From the NCBI GenBank assembly GCA_047638395.1, contig JBLIMV010000003.1, forward strand, positions 35,299 through 99,298: DNA of 64,000 nucleotides, in the 5' to 3' direction. The notes beneath the pieces were generated by a model, which was not told where the DNA came from, did no database searches, and saw only the letters and a program-made list of their open reading frames with translations. Positions 27,963-37,510 of the stretch are shown here, in pieces (positions within the stretch are counted from its first letter, which is position 1; every line of letters starts with the position of its first letter). This stretch comes from Paracoccaceae bacterium (GTDB lineage Bacteria; Pseudomonadota; Alphaproteobacteria; MPNO01; UBA830). Made by a program: the position numbers and the translations under genes.

Positions 27963-28970
27963 TTAGGGTGTAATGACGATCTTGCCGATCACTTCGCGAT
28001 CGCGAAGCTGGCGCACACCTTCACCGGTCTGTTCAAGCGGCAGAACCGTGTCAATCACCGGCTTCAGCTTGCCGTCGGCAATATGCTGCATCAGGATTTC
28101 GAGATCTTCAATCGCCCAGGAATTCGACCCCAGGATCTTGAGCTCGAAGGTCCAGACGTAGCGCAGATCTTCTTTCGGATCGAAACCGGCGGTCGCACCG
28201 CAGGTCAGGATCTTACCGCCACGCTTGGTCGCCTTGAGCGAAGGCACCCATGTGTCGCCGCCGGTGAAGTTGATCACCACATCGACGCCACCTTCGTATT
28301 TGCGGCGATGAGGCTTTCCATAAATGCCGTAGATCTGTTTTTCGAAATCGGTGTAATCGATGACGTGATCCGCACCCCAGGCCCGGAGCGCCTCGAGCTT
28401 GTCGGGGCTGGAGCCTGCCGCGACAACTTCGCAGCCCATCATTTTGGCCAGCAGCACGCAGCAGGATCCGACACCGCCGGACGCGCCGAGGATCAGGACT
28501 TTTTCGCCACCCTTCATGCCGCCATTGGTAATCATCATCCGGTGTGCCGTGCCATAGGCAACCGGCAGCGCTGCCGCCTGCTCGAACGAACATCCATCAG
28601 GGATTTTGATCAGCCGCGTGGCATCCACCGCGCAAAGCTCGGCCGTGCCGCCATCAAGCATTTCGCCCATCAGGCCTTTTTCGGGCGCAACGGGGTCCAG
28701 CGGGTTGACCAGCACACGGTCGCCAACTGACCAGCCTTCGACGCCGGCGCCAATTTCCTTGATCTCACCCGAGATATCGAGCCCGATCACGATCGGCAGC
28801 GGCACCTTGATGCCCGGCATGCCCTTGGTCGTGAACACATCGTGGTAGTTCAGCGACGTTGCGCCGACGCGGATGATAACCTGGCCTTCACCGCATTCCG
28901 GATCGGCGTAATCTTCGTGATATTTGAGATTGTCGATATCACCGTGTTCGTGCAAAACGACTGCGCGCAC
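27963..28970 (-). CDS. MDR-family NAD(P)H quinone oxidoreductase-like protein (Zn-independent)
   Basis: SLNYHD, VIGLDISG, AAALPVAYGTAH, GASGGVG; lacks Cys Zn ligands; GTG start. Confidence 0.88.
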   Translation of the reverse strand: MRAVVLHEHGDIDNLKYHEDYADPECGEGQVIIRVGATSLNYHDVFTTKGMPGIKVPLPIVIGLDISGEIKEIGAGVEGWSVGDRVLVNPLDPVAPEKGLMGEMLDGGTAELCAVDATRLIKIPDGCSFEQAAALPVAYGTAHRMMITNGGMKGGEKVLILGASGGVGSCCVLLAKMMGCEVVAAGSSPDKLEALRAWGADHVIDYTDFEKQIYGIYGKPHRRKYEGGVDVVINFTGGDTWVPSLKATKRGGKILTCGATAGFDPKEDLRYVWTFELKILGSNSWAIEDLEILMQHIADGKLKPVIDTVLPLEQTGEGVRQLRDREVIGKIVITP

Positions 28971-29059
28971 TTTGTTTCTCCCTTAATTAGGCAATGCATT
29001 CCCGCGCCCGAAGCGGGGGAATCCCGTTACGGCGGAGTAACGCGTTTGACCGGCTGCCG

Positions 29060-29590
29060 TCAAGCGATGGCGGCAGCAGTTTCCTGATAGACTTTGACCA
29101 CGTTGGGGCCGAGTTTGACGGAATTTCCGCCATAAACATGCACGGATACCGCAGCCTTGTCGGTCGGGTTATGCATACAATGTATGTCGCCACCGCCAAC
29201 GGGCAAGTGCGCAACGTCACCCGGCAGGTGCTCAATCATTTCGACTGGTACGGCATCGGTGCAGGACGGATCGTTCGATGCCGCCCGATACCGCGTTTCC
29301 TGGATAACGCCCTCAAAGACGCCAAATGTGCACCAGGTCTTGTGATCGTGGATCGGCGAAACGATCCCGGCCGGCCAGACGGCGGCGATGATCGAAAAAT
29401 CGTCGTTGGGGCAGAGGAACACATCGTGGCGACCGTAGCCTTCTGGTGGCAACGCCTTGTGTTCTGCGGACAGTAGTCCACGATCCCCTAGTATTTTGGG
29501 CAGATAGTCTGCGATCAGTCCCGGCACGTTCTCGATGGGGTTATCCGCCACGAGACGTCCGACCGTTTTGCAAAACTGATTGAGTTCCAT
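29060..29590 (-). CDS. Cysteine dioxygenase-family (thiol dioxygenase) cupin
   Basis: YGRH, SPIHDH..W, DIHCMHN, SVHVYG (3-His facial triad plus Ser-His-Tyr). Confidence 0.85.
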   Translation of the reverse strand: MELNQFCKTVGRLVADNPIENVPGLIADYLPKILGDRGLLSAEHKALPPEGYGRHDVFLCPNDDFSIIAAVWPAGIVSPIHDHKTWCTFGVFEGVIQETRYRAASNDPSCTDAVPVEMIEHLPGDVAHLPVGGGDIHCMHNPTDKAAVSVHVYGGNSVKLGPNVVKVYQETAAAIA

Positions 29591-29744
29591 ATCTTGGCAA
29601 CCTTATGTATGGGGCATTTAACCCCGAAACCTCTGCCAAACAGTTTACGGATTATGCACGACAAGTGTTTTCAAACTTTCCACGTGATTCGGCATATTGA
29701 GCATGGTATTCTAAATTTCAGGGTAGATAAGAGATAAATTCACT

Positions 29745-30203
29745 ATGGATGCGATCGACAAGAAAATTCTGGACATTCTGCAGGAAGACACAACCCTCGC
29801 GGTTGCGGACATCGCCAAAAAGGTCGGCCTGTCGACGACCCCCTGCTGGCGCCGCATTCAGAAACTCGAGACCGCAGGCGTTATCCGGTCTCGGGTTGCC
29901 TTGCTGGATGCCAAGAAGCTCAATGCCGGTGTAACGGTTTTCGTATCGATACGAACGGACAAGCACGATGCCGCCTGGTACCAGAACTTCTCACGCGCCG
30001 TAAATGCGTTCCCGGAAGTTGTCGAATTTTACCGGATGTCAGGCGATATCGACTATCTGCTCCGCGTCGTGGTGCCGGATATCGGCGCTTATGACCGCTT
30101 TTATCAACGGCTGATCGCGCAGGTCGAGCTTTACGACGTCAGTTCGTCGTTTTCGATGGAACAGATCAAATACACAACCGCGCTGCCGCTGGATTACGCC
30201 TGA
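29745..30203 (+). CDS. decR: Lrp/AsnC transcriptional regulator, DecR(YbaO)-like
   Basis: GLSTTPCWRRIQKLE, YRMSGDIDYLLRVVV.DI..YD.FY, SSFSMEQIKYTTALPL. Confidence 0.8.
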   Translation: MDAIDKKILDILQEDTTLAVADIAKKVGLSTTPCWRRIQKLETAGVIRSRVALLDAKKLNAGVTVFVSIRTDKHDAAWYQNFSRAVNAFPEVVEFYRMSGDIDYLLRVVVPDIGAYDRFYQRLIAQVELYDVSSSFSMEQIKYTTALPLDYA

Positions 30204-30227
30204 CCGGGATCCACGTCTGAAAGGAAT

Positions 30228-30773
30228 TCACGACCGGTCGAATTGCGCGGGGTCAGTTACATGCTGCGCGAGACCAAAGACATGGGGATCATCTGCCCCC
30301 ATCTCCGCCAGCGCCCGTGCCAGTTCAACGACATATTCGGTGTTTTGTCCCGACGGTCCCTTGCTTGACCGCACCTGCGCCGCGATCTCCGGCAGTGGCG
30401 CCTCGCCCAGCCAGTTCGGATTGCCGGGCGTCGCGATATAAATCAGCCCGTCGGCAGGCCGCTGATCGCTTTCAGGAAACGACATCTCGGTTTCATGAAG
30501 CGAATATCCGCCCTTTTCGCGAAAATCGAGGTGACTGATCACCTCGTCGCGGCTGTGGGCTGAAATAAGATAGGCACGCCCCCAGCAGACCGCCGGGGGG
30601 TCCTCGATCAAGGTAACAACCCTGCCCGGTGCACCGGGCACTCCCCGGTGGTCGGTCGACCCTTGCCAGAACCGGCGCCCCCATCCGGTAATCGTCGCCA
30701 CACGGGTTTCCTCAAACGGAAAATCAGGCCGCCAGACGAGCGAGCCATAACCGAACACCCAGACATCGTTCAT
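30228..30773 (-). CDS. chaC: ChaC-like gamma-glutamylcyclotransferase
   Basis: WVFGYGSLVW, RRFWQGSTDHRGVPGAPGRVVTL, LDFREKGGY, GPSGQNTEY. Confidence 0.93.
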   Translation of the reverse strand: MNDVWVFGYGSLVWRPDFPFEETRVATITGWGRRFWQGSTDHRGVPGAPGRVVTLIEDPPAVCWGRAYLISAHSRDEVISHLDFREKGGYSLHETEMSFPESDQRPADGLIYIATPGNPNWLGEAPLPEIAAQVRSSKGPSGQNTEYVVELARALAEMGADDPHVFGLAQHVTDPAQFDRS

Positions 30774-30812
30774 GAAAGGTGGCTCACGAGAGGATGCCGC
30801 ACGCCTGGTCGT

Positions 30813-31742
30813 TCATGAGAGGGGGAACGGGTCCTGCCCGCCTGTATGAAGCGCAAAACACGCCCCCATGCCGGCGTCAGGCGAGACGATCACACATCCA
30901 TCTTTATCGCCGATCAACGGAACGTCCGCGACCGCCAGGAAAGCCCGGGTGGCGTCGATATCTGCGCTTCGAATGGACACGGCGGCGATGAACGGCATGC
31001 TCGGGATATCGATCCCCGGCAAGAGCCTTTTACAGTCCGCGGGATCGCAGATTGTCAGACGCCCGCGATCGAGATCGATCCGGAAGCCCTTCCCCTGCGC
31101 TTGTCTGGGTTTACCCGTAAAACGCTCATACCGCAGCGCCGCTTCTTCCGGGTCATCCGCGCAGATCAGCAGGCCGGACAGCATATCGAGGCCATTTTCA
31201 TCCGCTGTTACCGACGGCTGCCAGACGACATCCGGGGTATCCTGGCTCAGCACCTGGACGCGGCCTTCGGCCATTGCATCCGATGGCAGCCTGATCACCG
31301 AAAACGCCGCCGTTCCTTCGCCACCGTTATCCAGCGGCATTGGGCGGCGCAGGGCAATCGGCGGCTCCGGTGCAAAACCGGCCTCTCTCAGTTTCTCCGT
31401 CGCGGCATCCGTGTCTCCGACCGTAAAGGCAATAAGATGCAGCCCGGTATACCGCGCCAGCCCCGCATCCATCTGCGCGGTGATGGCGGATTCCACCTCC
31501 GGCACCCGGGTCAGGACTTCGAGGTACCCCCGCCGGATCATGGCGCACCTGTTCGCAGTACCGGACGGTACGCGGCTCCCGTCAGGCTGTTCGTTCATGT
31601 GAACGGTAAAAGGCGTCAGGGGAAAGCCAAGACGATTAAAGGCACCGAAGGCCGCGGCCATGTCGGGGACAAACCAGCCGACATGGTCGAGGAAAATCTG
31701 ACCCGCCTGCGGGGTCTGAGGATCATTGGAATATTCTGTCAT
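30813..31742 (-). CDS. VOC-family (glyoxalase-like) protein
   Basis: LDHVGWFV, LGFPLT, GTANRCAM...GYLEVL, GLHLIAF. Confidence 0.8.
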   Translation of the reverse strand: MTEYSNDPQTPQAGQIFLDHVGWFVPDMAAAFGAFNRLGFPLTPFTVHMNEQPDGSRVPSGTANRCAMIRRGYLEVLTRVPEVESAITAQMDAGLARYTGLHLIAFTVGDTDAATEKLREAGFAPEPPIALRRPMPLDNGGEGTAAFSVIRLPSDAMAEGRVQVLSQDTPDVVWQPSVTADENGLDMLSGLLICADDPEEAALRYERFTGKPRQAQGKGFRIDLDRGRLTICDPADCKRLLPGIDIPSMPFIAAVSIRSADIDATRAFLAVADVPLIGDKDGCVIVSPDAGMGACFALHTGGQDPFPLS

Positions 31743-32042
31743 ATCGGTGCGCAGAATAGCGCCGGCGCCACGAAATGTCCCGCCTGAGAAGCTCCGCGGA
31801 CGCGAATCTGCTCGTCATGTCCGGCATAGACACGATTCGAAGGTGCGGACAGACTTTTTGCACAAAAAAGCGGCAATCAAGCCGTGACTGCGAACGTCTG
31901 TTATGGGGGCGCCTGACCGGTCGATGCGTCGACCAAATGGCGGTAACTGACGATCAAGCATCCCGGGACGACCGAAGAACAAAATGTCCATCGCCCTGCA
32001 TCTGTGCGGGGCGGAATCAAAAGGGAAGTGACGGGGAATATC

Positions 32043-33410
32043 ATGGCAGATGCCAATCAATTAAGAGACCCGAACTACAAACCACCTCTGGCACAAGCTG
32101 TGCCTCTCGGGATACAGCACGTACTGGCGATGTTTGCCGGCAATATTACCGTGCCGCTGATCGTCGCCCTTGCTGCCGGACCGCAATACATCACAGTCCT
32201 TGTACAAATCGCCCTGCTTGCCGCGGGCGTTGCCACGCTGATCCAGACGATCGGCATCGGCCCCATCGGGTCCCGCCTGCCCATCGTCCAGGGCACCAGC
32301 TTTGCCTATATCGGCATTCTCACCGGCGCCTTAAAAGGCGGCGCAACGCTTGCCGCCGTGTTTGGTGCCTCGCTTGTGGGCGGGCTGTTCCAGATGGTCC
32401 TCGGGTACTTCATCCCCCAGATCCGCAAGTGGATCCCGGCGCTGGTATCCGGCGTGGTCGTCATGACCATCGGCTTTACGCTCCTTCCGGTCGGCATCAA
32501 ATATTCAGCCGGTTGTGGCGCGTATCCCGCACCGTTCTGCCAGGCAGGCGGCTTCGGCGATTCGACGCATTGGGGGCTGGCCCTGTTCGTCATCCTGATC
32601 ACGCTGCTAATCCGGCGTTACGGCAAGGGAATCTGGTCCACGGCGTCGATTTTTCTGGGCCTCGTGGTGGGTTATCTCATCGCAATACCCCTCGGAATGG
32701 TCAACAGCAAGAAGGTGGATGCGATCAGCAGCGCCAGCTGGTTCGGTCTGCTGGATACGCATTTCGGGCTCGAATTCACCACCCCCGCGGCCATCGGCCT
32801 CATCGGTCTCATGTGCATCATGGCCTTCATCACGACGATCGAGACGGTCGGTGACATCTCCGGCGTTACGATGGGCGGTGCTGACAGGGAACCGACCGAC
32901 AAGGAGCTGAAAGGCGGCGTAATGGCGGACGGGCTCGGTTCGGCCATCGTTGCTTTGTTCGGTGGACTGCCGAACACGTCCTACAGTCAGAATGTCGGCC
33001 TTGTGTCATTCACCAAGATGATGAGCCGGCATGTCGTCACGATCGGGGCGTTCTTCCTGATCCTCTGTGGGCTGATGCCAAAACTGGCGGCCGTGATCGC
33101 CGCAATGCCGGAACCCGTGCTGGGCGGTGCCGCGATCGTTATGTTCGGCATGATCGTTGCCGCCGGGATGAAACTGGTCGGTCAGTCGGGTTACACAACC
33201 CGCAATATGCTGATCGTCGCCATCTCGCTGGGTCTCGGTCTTGGACTGTGGCAGGTCAACCAGCTCGCCACGATGGCAAAGTTCGGCCCGCTGCCGGTGG
33301 ACCTGTTGCCGGCCTGGTCGGTACCGCTCTTTGTGTCGGGTATCGTTGTATCGGGGCTTTGCGCCGCGATCATGAACGCGGTGATGCCGCACGAAGAAGA
33401 AGCGAGCTAG
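32043..33410 (+). CDS. NCS2 nucleobase:cation symporter (uracil/xanthine permease family)
   Basis: GIQHVLAMF, IGSRLPIVQGTSF, signature NTSYSQNVGLV, PEPVLGG. Confidence 0.93.
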   Translation: MADANQLRDPNYKPPLAQAVPLGIQHVLAMFAGNITVPLIVALAAGPQYITVLVQIALLAAGVATLIQTIGIGPIGSRLPIVQGTSFAYIGILTGALKGGATLAAVFGASLVGGLFQMVLGYFIPQIRKWIPALVSGVVVMTIGFTLLPVGIKYSAGCGAYPAPFCQAGGFGDSTHWGLALFVILITLLIRRYGKGIWSTASIFLGLVVGYLIAIPLGMVNSKKVDAISSASWFGLLDTHFGLEFTTPAAIGLIGLMCIMAFITTIETVGDISGVTMGGADREPTDKELKGGVMADGLGSAIVALFGGLPNTSYSQNVGLVSFTKMMSRHVVTIGAFFLILCGLMPKLAAVIAAMPEPVLGGAAIVMFGMIVAAGMKLVGQSGYTTRNMLIVAISLGLGLGLWQVNQLATMAKFGPLPVDLLPAWSVPLFVSGIVVSGLCAAIMNAVMPHEEEAS

Positions 33411-33426
33411 TTTAAACAGCGCTTAC

Positions 33427-33467
33427 AAAAATTACCCCGGGCCGCTGTCGCGGCCCGGGGTTTTTAT
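33427..33467. terminator. Bidirectional terminator between the convergent NCS2 and RTX genes
   Basis: A-run, ACCCCGGGCCGC-tgtc-GCGGCCCGGGGT, T-run. Confidence 0.9.
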
Positions 33468-33509
33468 TTGCCTGACCCCGGAATATTTCGCCGGAGTTTT
33501 ATCGCCGGG

Positions 33510-36500
33510 TCAAACGACCCAGACACCCGTGTCTACATCATTGGCCGTTACGTTCTGCAGGGTCACGAGCGTCTGCGGTGCACTGGCCTCGCCAGCACCG
33601 TCGCCATCGATCTGAACCAGCGTATCGGCACCCGACTGGGTCAGCTGGACCATCCCGTCACCGAACGCGTCGTTACCGGTATAGCCGAGATTGACCATCA
33701 GCTGGCTGAGGTCGAGCGTATCGACCTGACCGTTGGTCGCAAAATCGGTGATCGTATCGCCCCGGTCGCTCAGATGTTCGTAGACGAAGGTATCCGAGCC
33801 GGCACCACCGGCCATCGTGTCTTCCGAAGCGCCGCCAAACAGCGTATCGGCACCGTCGTTTCCGAACATCCTGTCACGCCCGGCACCGCCATTGACGATG
33901 TCATCGCCAGCACCGCCGAGCATCCAGTCATTGCCCCCTTCACCGTTAAGCGTATCGTTGCCGGCATCGCCCTGGATGTGATCGCCGCCATCGCCCGAAT
34001 TGATCACGTCATTGCCGGTCCCGCCGTAAAGCGCATCGAACTGGTCGCCGCCGTTCAAGGTATCGGCACCGTCGCCACCACGCAGCGTATCGAGGCCACC
34101 ATTCCCGGTCAGGACGTTGTCGCCGGCATTACCGGTGATCGTTTCACCAAGAACGCTACCCGTGCCGTCAATGTTCCCATTGCCGGTGAGATTAAGCGCC
34201 TCAACATTCGCGCCGAGCGTCCAGGAGACCGAAGATTCAATCGTATCGAACCCTTCGCCGGCGTTTTCAACCAGCAGGTCTTCCAGACCGTCAACGACGT
34301 AAGTGTCGTCTCCAAGACCACCCGTGAGCGTATCGACTCCGGCACCGCCATCCATGCGGTCATTACCATCGCCACCGATCAGAACATCTTCGCCAAGGCC
34401 ACCAAGCAATACATCGTCGCCGGCGCCGCCATTGAGCGTATCGTTGCTGTCCATACCGGACAGGGTGTTGGCCCCGTCATTGCCGGTGATGATGTTCGCG
34501 GCGTCATTGCCCGTGCCGTCTATATCGGCATTGCCGGTAAGCTCAAGGTTTTCCGTATTGGCCTCAAGTGCCCGGTCGATTGAGGACCGGACGGTGTCAT
34601 TGCCCTCGTCGGCATTTTCAACCACCAAATCCGCGACATGGTCGACAACGTAGGTGTCGTCGCCGGTACCACCGGTCATCGTGTCCCGTCCTGTGCCGCC
34701 ATCGAGTGAATCGTCGCCGGCATTGCCGAACATACGGTCCACGCCGTCGCCACCTTCAAGAATGTCGTTGCCTTCGCCGGCGACCATCCAGTCATTGCCG
34801 CCATTGCCGTAAAGCGTATCGTCGCCGGCATCACCCTGGACATGGTCGCTGCCGCTGCCACCGGCGACAATATCGTCGCCGTCGCCACCGTAGAGCGTAT
34901 CGTTGCCGCCACCGCCACTGATCGTGTCGTTACCGCCACCGCCATTTAGCGTGTCGTTACCTTCAAGGCCCTCGATGAACTCACCGACAACCGTGCCCTC
35001 CAGCACGTCATCACCAGCGCCGACATCCACTGCCACACCGACAAAATCGGCCTCCGTCAGGGCACTCTTCGCAACACCGAGCAGCGTGATTGTTCCTTCG
35101 GAAAGGGTAATCACCGACCGGTCGCCAAGGTCCGTCGTCGCCATCATGAGATCGGCGAAGCTGCCGCCCCAGGCCCCGGACAGATCAATGATGTCTGTGC
35201 CCGGCGTAAAGTCGGTCAGCGTATCATCACCAAAGTTCAGCCCGACCGCGAACGTATCGCCCGCCGCGCCACCGGTAAGGGTGTCGTTCCCCTCGCCGCC
35301 GTTGAGCGTGTTGGCGCCGTCATTGCCGGAAATCATATTGTTTTCAGCGTTACCCGACCCGGCAAGGTCACCCGCTCCGGTCAGTTCGAGGTTTTCGACG
35401 TTATCTCCAAGCGTCCAGTCAATGGTCGACTGAACGGTATCGGTTCCATTACCACCGGATTCGAGGACCTTGTCCTGCGCGACGTCAACGACATAGGTAT
35501 CGTTGCCGGCACCGCCGATCATGGTGTCGAGATCAGCGCCGCCATCGAGGATATCGTCGCCGTCATTGCCCTGCAGCGTGTCCTTACCGCTACCGCCATT
35601 GAGGGTGTCATTGCCCTTGCCGCCGATCATCCAGTCATTGCCGCCCTCGCCATTCAGGATATCGTTTCCGGAATCGCCCTGGAGGTGATCGCCACCGTCA
35701 CCGCCGTTCAGCGTATCGGCATCCGCGCCGCCATACAGCGTGTCGAACTGATCGCCACCCGTCAGCGTATCGTCGCCGGCACCGCCGAACATCACGTCAT
35801 TGCCGCCATTGCCGGTCAGCGTATTTGCCCCGGTATTGCCGGTGATTTCATTACCGCCCGCATTGCCCGCACCATTGAGATCCTCGTCACCCGTGAGGAC
35901 AAGGTTTTCAACGTTTGCATCAAGCGTGGTCGAAATCGATGCCTGGACCGTATCGTCACCTTCGCCCGCAAACTCGGTGACGGTATCGCCGGCATTGTCG
36001 ATGATATAGGTGTCGTCGCCCGTACCGCCATTCATGGCGTCCGCGCCTTCGCCGCCGTCAAGACGGTCGTCGCCGGCAGCGCCGTTGAGCGTGTCGTCGC
36101 CCTCACCGCCAACCAGCGTATTATCGCCGTCATCTCCGTCAACTGTCACAGCCGCCGGTTTCTCGGGAACGCCGGGGAAGTTCGACACAGACAGATCGGC
36201 TTTTGCAATGCCGTTCAGCGTGATCGTGCCGCCATCGATCGAAAGGACCGTATTGCCGCCGACCTCCGTCGCCGCATCCATCAGATCATTGAACGTTCCC
36301 GTCCAGATGCCCGACACATCGATTTGATCGCTCGCCGCCGCAAAGTCGGTAACCGTGTCGTCACCGAAACCCGCATTGAAGACAAAGGTGTCATTGCCAC
36401 CGTCACCGGTCAGGACGTTGTCCCCGGAATTGCCGGTGATAACATTGTCCTGCGACGTGCCCTTACCGTCGATATCGCCATCGCCGGTCAACGTGAGATT

Positions 36501-37421
36501 TTCGACATTCCGATCAAGGGCCCAGTCAACGGACGATTCCACTGTATCCGTGCCTTCGCCATTCCGCTCAGATACCTGGTCGCGCGCATTATCGACGATA
36601 TACGTATCGTCACCGGCACCACCACGCATGTTGTCGCGGCCGTCTCCGCCGTCGAGCACATCGTCACCCCGACCGCCCTTCAGGTAATCGTTGCCGGATC
36701 CGCCTTCGAGGGTATCGTCCCCATCATCACCAGTCAGCCGGTCATTGCCCGCGCCGCCCTGAAGAATATCGTTATCGGCACCGCCATAAAGGCGGTCATT
36801 ACCTTCACCGCCAACGAGCGTATCTTCGCCGGCATTGCCGTACATTCTGTCATTGCCGGTACCGCCGTCGAGCGAGTCGTTGCCGTCGCCACCGTACATT
36901 CTGTCGTTACCGCTGCCACCTTCCAGCGTGTCATTCCCATCACCGCCGGACAATCTGTCGTTGCCGCTGCCACCTTCCAGCGTGTCATTCCCATCGCCAC
37001 CGGACAGTTTGTCATGGCCACTACCGCCGACCAGCGTGTCGTTGCCATCACCGCCATTCAGGCGGTCATTGCCGGTTCCGCCGTCGAGTTTATCGTCGCC
37101 GGCACCGCCATACAATTTGTCATGGCCGCTGCCGCCATTGATCGTGTCGACACCGTCGCCGCCATACATCCTGTCATTTCCGGAACCGCCATCCATGCTG
37201 TCATCGCCATCTCGGCCGTACATACGGTCATGGCCCGCGCCACCCGACATCTCATTATCAGCCTGATCGCCATTAAGCTTGTCGTTGCCGCGGCCGCCAT
37301 TGATCGCATCGGCCGAACTGGATTCTTCAGGCTGATCGCCGCTGATCCGCGCCTTGATCGTCTCGATCAGGCTGCGGATATAGTTGCTGAAGAAACTGCT
37401 GAAGCTGAAATTCCAAAACAT
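33510..37421 (-). CDS. Large RTX (GGxGxDxUx) calcium-binding protein, probable type I secretion substrate
   Basis: Dozens of nonapeptide repeats; five DTY(I/V)(V/I)D...DTV.SS..W.L..NVENL.LTG modules; C-terminal TLVQIDGDG..TLVTLQNV secretion-signal-like domain; no catalytic domain recognised. Confidence 0.92.
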   Translation of the reverse strand: MFWNFSFSSFFSNYIRSLIETIKARISGDQPEESSSADAINGGRGNDKLNGDQADNEMSGGAGHDRMYGRDGDDSMDGGSGNDRMYGGDGVDTINGGSGHDKLYGGAGDDKLDGGTGNDRLNGGDGNDTLVGGSGHDKLSGGDGNDTLEGGSGNDRLSGGDGNDTLEGGSGNDRMYGGDGNDSLDGGTGNDRMYGNAGEDTLVGGEGNDRLYGGADNDILQGGAGNDRLTGDDGDDTLEGGSGNDYLKGGRGDDVLDGGDGRDNMRGGAGDDTYIVDNARDQVSERNGEGTDTVESSVDWALDRNVENLTLTGDGDIDGKGTSQDNVITGNSGDNVLTGDGGNDTFVFNAGFGDDTVTDFAAASDQIDVSGIWTGTFNDLMDAATEVGGNTVLSIDGGTITLNGIAKADLSVSNFPGVPEKPAAVTVDGDDGDNTLVGGEGDDTLNGAAGDDRLDGGEGADAMNGGTGDDTYIIDNAGDTVTEFAGEGDDTVQASISTTLDANVENLVLTGDEDLNGAGNAGGNEITGNTGANTLTGNGGNDVMFGGAGDDTLTGGDQFDTLYGGADADTLNGGDGGDHLQGDSGNDILNGEGGNDWMIGGKGNDTLNGGSGKDTLQGNDGDDILDGGADLDTMIGGAGNDTYVVDVAQDKVLESGGNGTDTVQSTIDWTLGDNVENLELTGAGDLAGSGNAENNMISGNDGANTLNGGEGNDTLTGGAAGDTFAVGLNFGDDTLTDFTPGTDIIDLSGAWGGSFADLMMATTDLGDRSVITLSEGTITLLGVAKSALTEADFVGVAVDVGAGDDVLEGTVVGEFIEGLEGNDTLNGGGGNDTISGGGGNDTLYGGDGDDIVAGGSGSDHVQGDAGDDTLYGNGGNDWMVAGEGNDILEGGDGVDRMFGNAGDDSLDGGTGRDTMTGGTGDDTYVVDHVADLVVENADEGNDTVRSSIDRALEANTENLELTGNADIDGTGNDAANIITGNDGANTLSGMDSNDTLNGGAGDDVLLGGLGEDVLIGGDGNDRMDGGAGVDTLTGGLGDDTYVVDGLEDLLVENAGEGFDTIESSVSWTLGANVEALNLTGNGNIDGTGSVLGETITGNAGDNVLTGNGGLDTLRGGDGADTLNGGDQFDALYGGTGNDVINSGDGGDHIQGDAGNDTLNGEGGNDWMLGGAGDDIVNGGAGRDRMFGNDGADTLFGGASEDTMAGGAGSDTFVYEHLSDRGDTITDFATNGQVDTLDLSQLMVNLGYTGNDAFGDGMVQLTQSGADTLVQIDGDGAGEASAPQTLVTLQNVTANDVDTGVWVV
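36901..37008. repeat. Tandem 54-bp repeat (2 copies, 50/54 identical) inside the RTX gene
   Basis: 36901-36954 vs 36955-37008 compared base by base; each unit encodes two nonapeptides. Confidence 0.9.
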
Positions 37422-37510
37422 TACTACCTGCCTTACATGCTACTGACTGCTTGCGCGCCGTCGGTCTCCTGGACCTATTCGACCGCAAATCGATCTACTT
37501 GATGCCGCAA

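Noticed and set aside
21488-29590. A DMSP demethylation pathway (DmdC-like dehydrogenase, CoA ligase, thiol dioxygenase)
   Set aside because: The genes are not contiguous, dmdA/dmdD are absent, these families are broad, and the dioxygenase is Arg-type rather than Gln-type
31743-32042. Purine/xanthine riboswitch in the 300-nt leader of the NCS2 permease
   Set aside because: No recognisable aptamer consensus by eye; a covariance-model search would be needed
36597-37298. Regular 27/54-bp periodicity resembling a CRISPR or satellite array
   Set aside because: It is in-frame coding repetition of RTX nonapeptides, with no unique spacers and no cas genes
36597-37298. Ice-binding function from the Thr ladder of the RTX roll
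   Set aside because: Position 9 on that face is heterogeneous and often bulky or charged (E, D, V, Q), unlike the flat Thr/Asx arrays of ice-binding proteins
33468-37502. Long plus-strand ORFs (371 aa, 605 aa and others) opposite the RTX gene; likewise 8937-10223, 11458-13236, 13230-14417, 21452-22729 and 42723-44360
   Set aside because: Antisense shadows of well-supported genes, expected in high-GC DNA; no recognisable motifs
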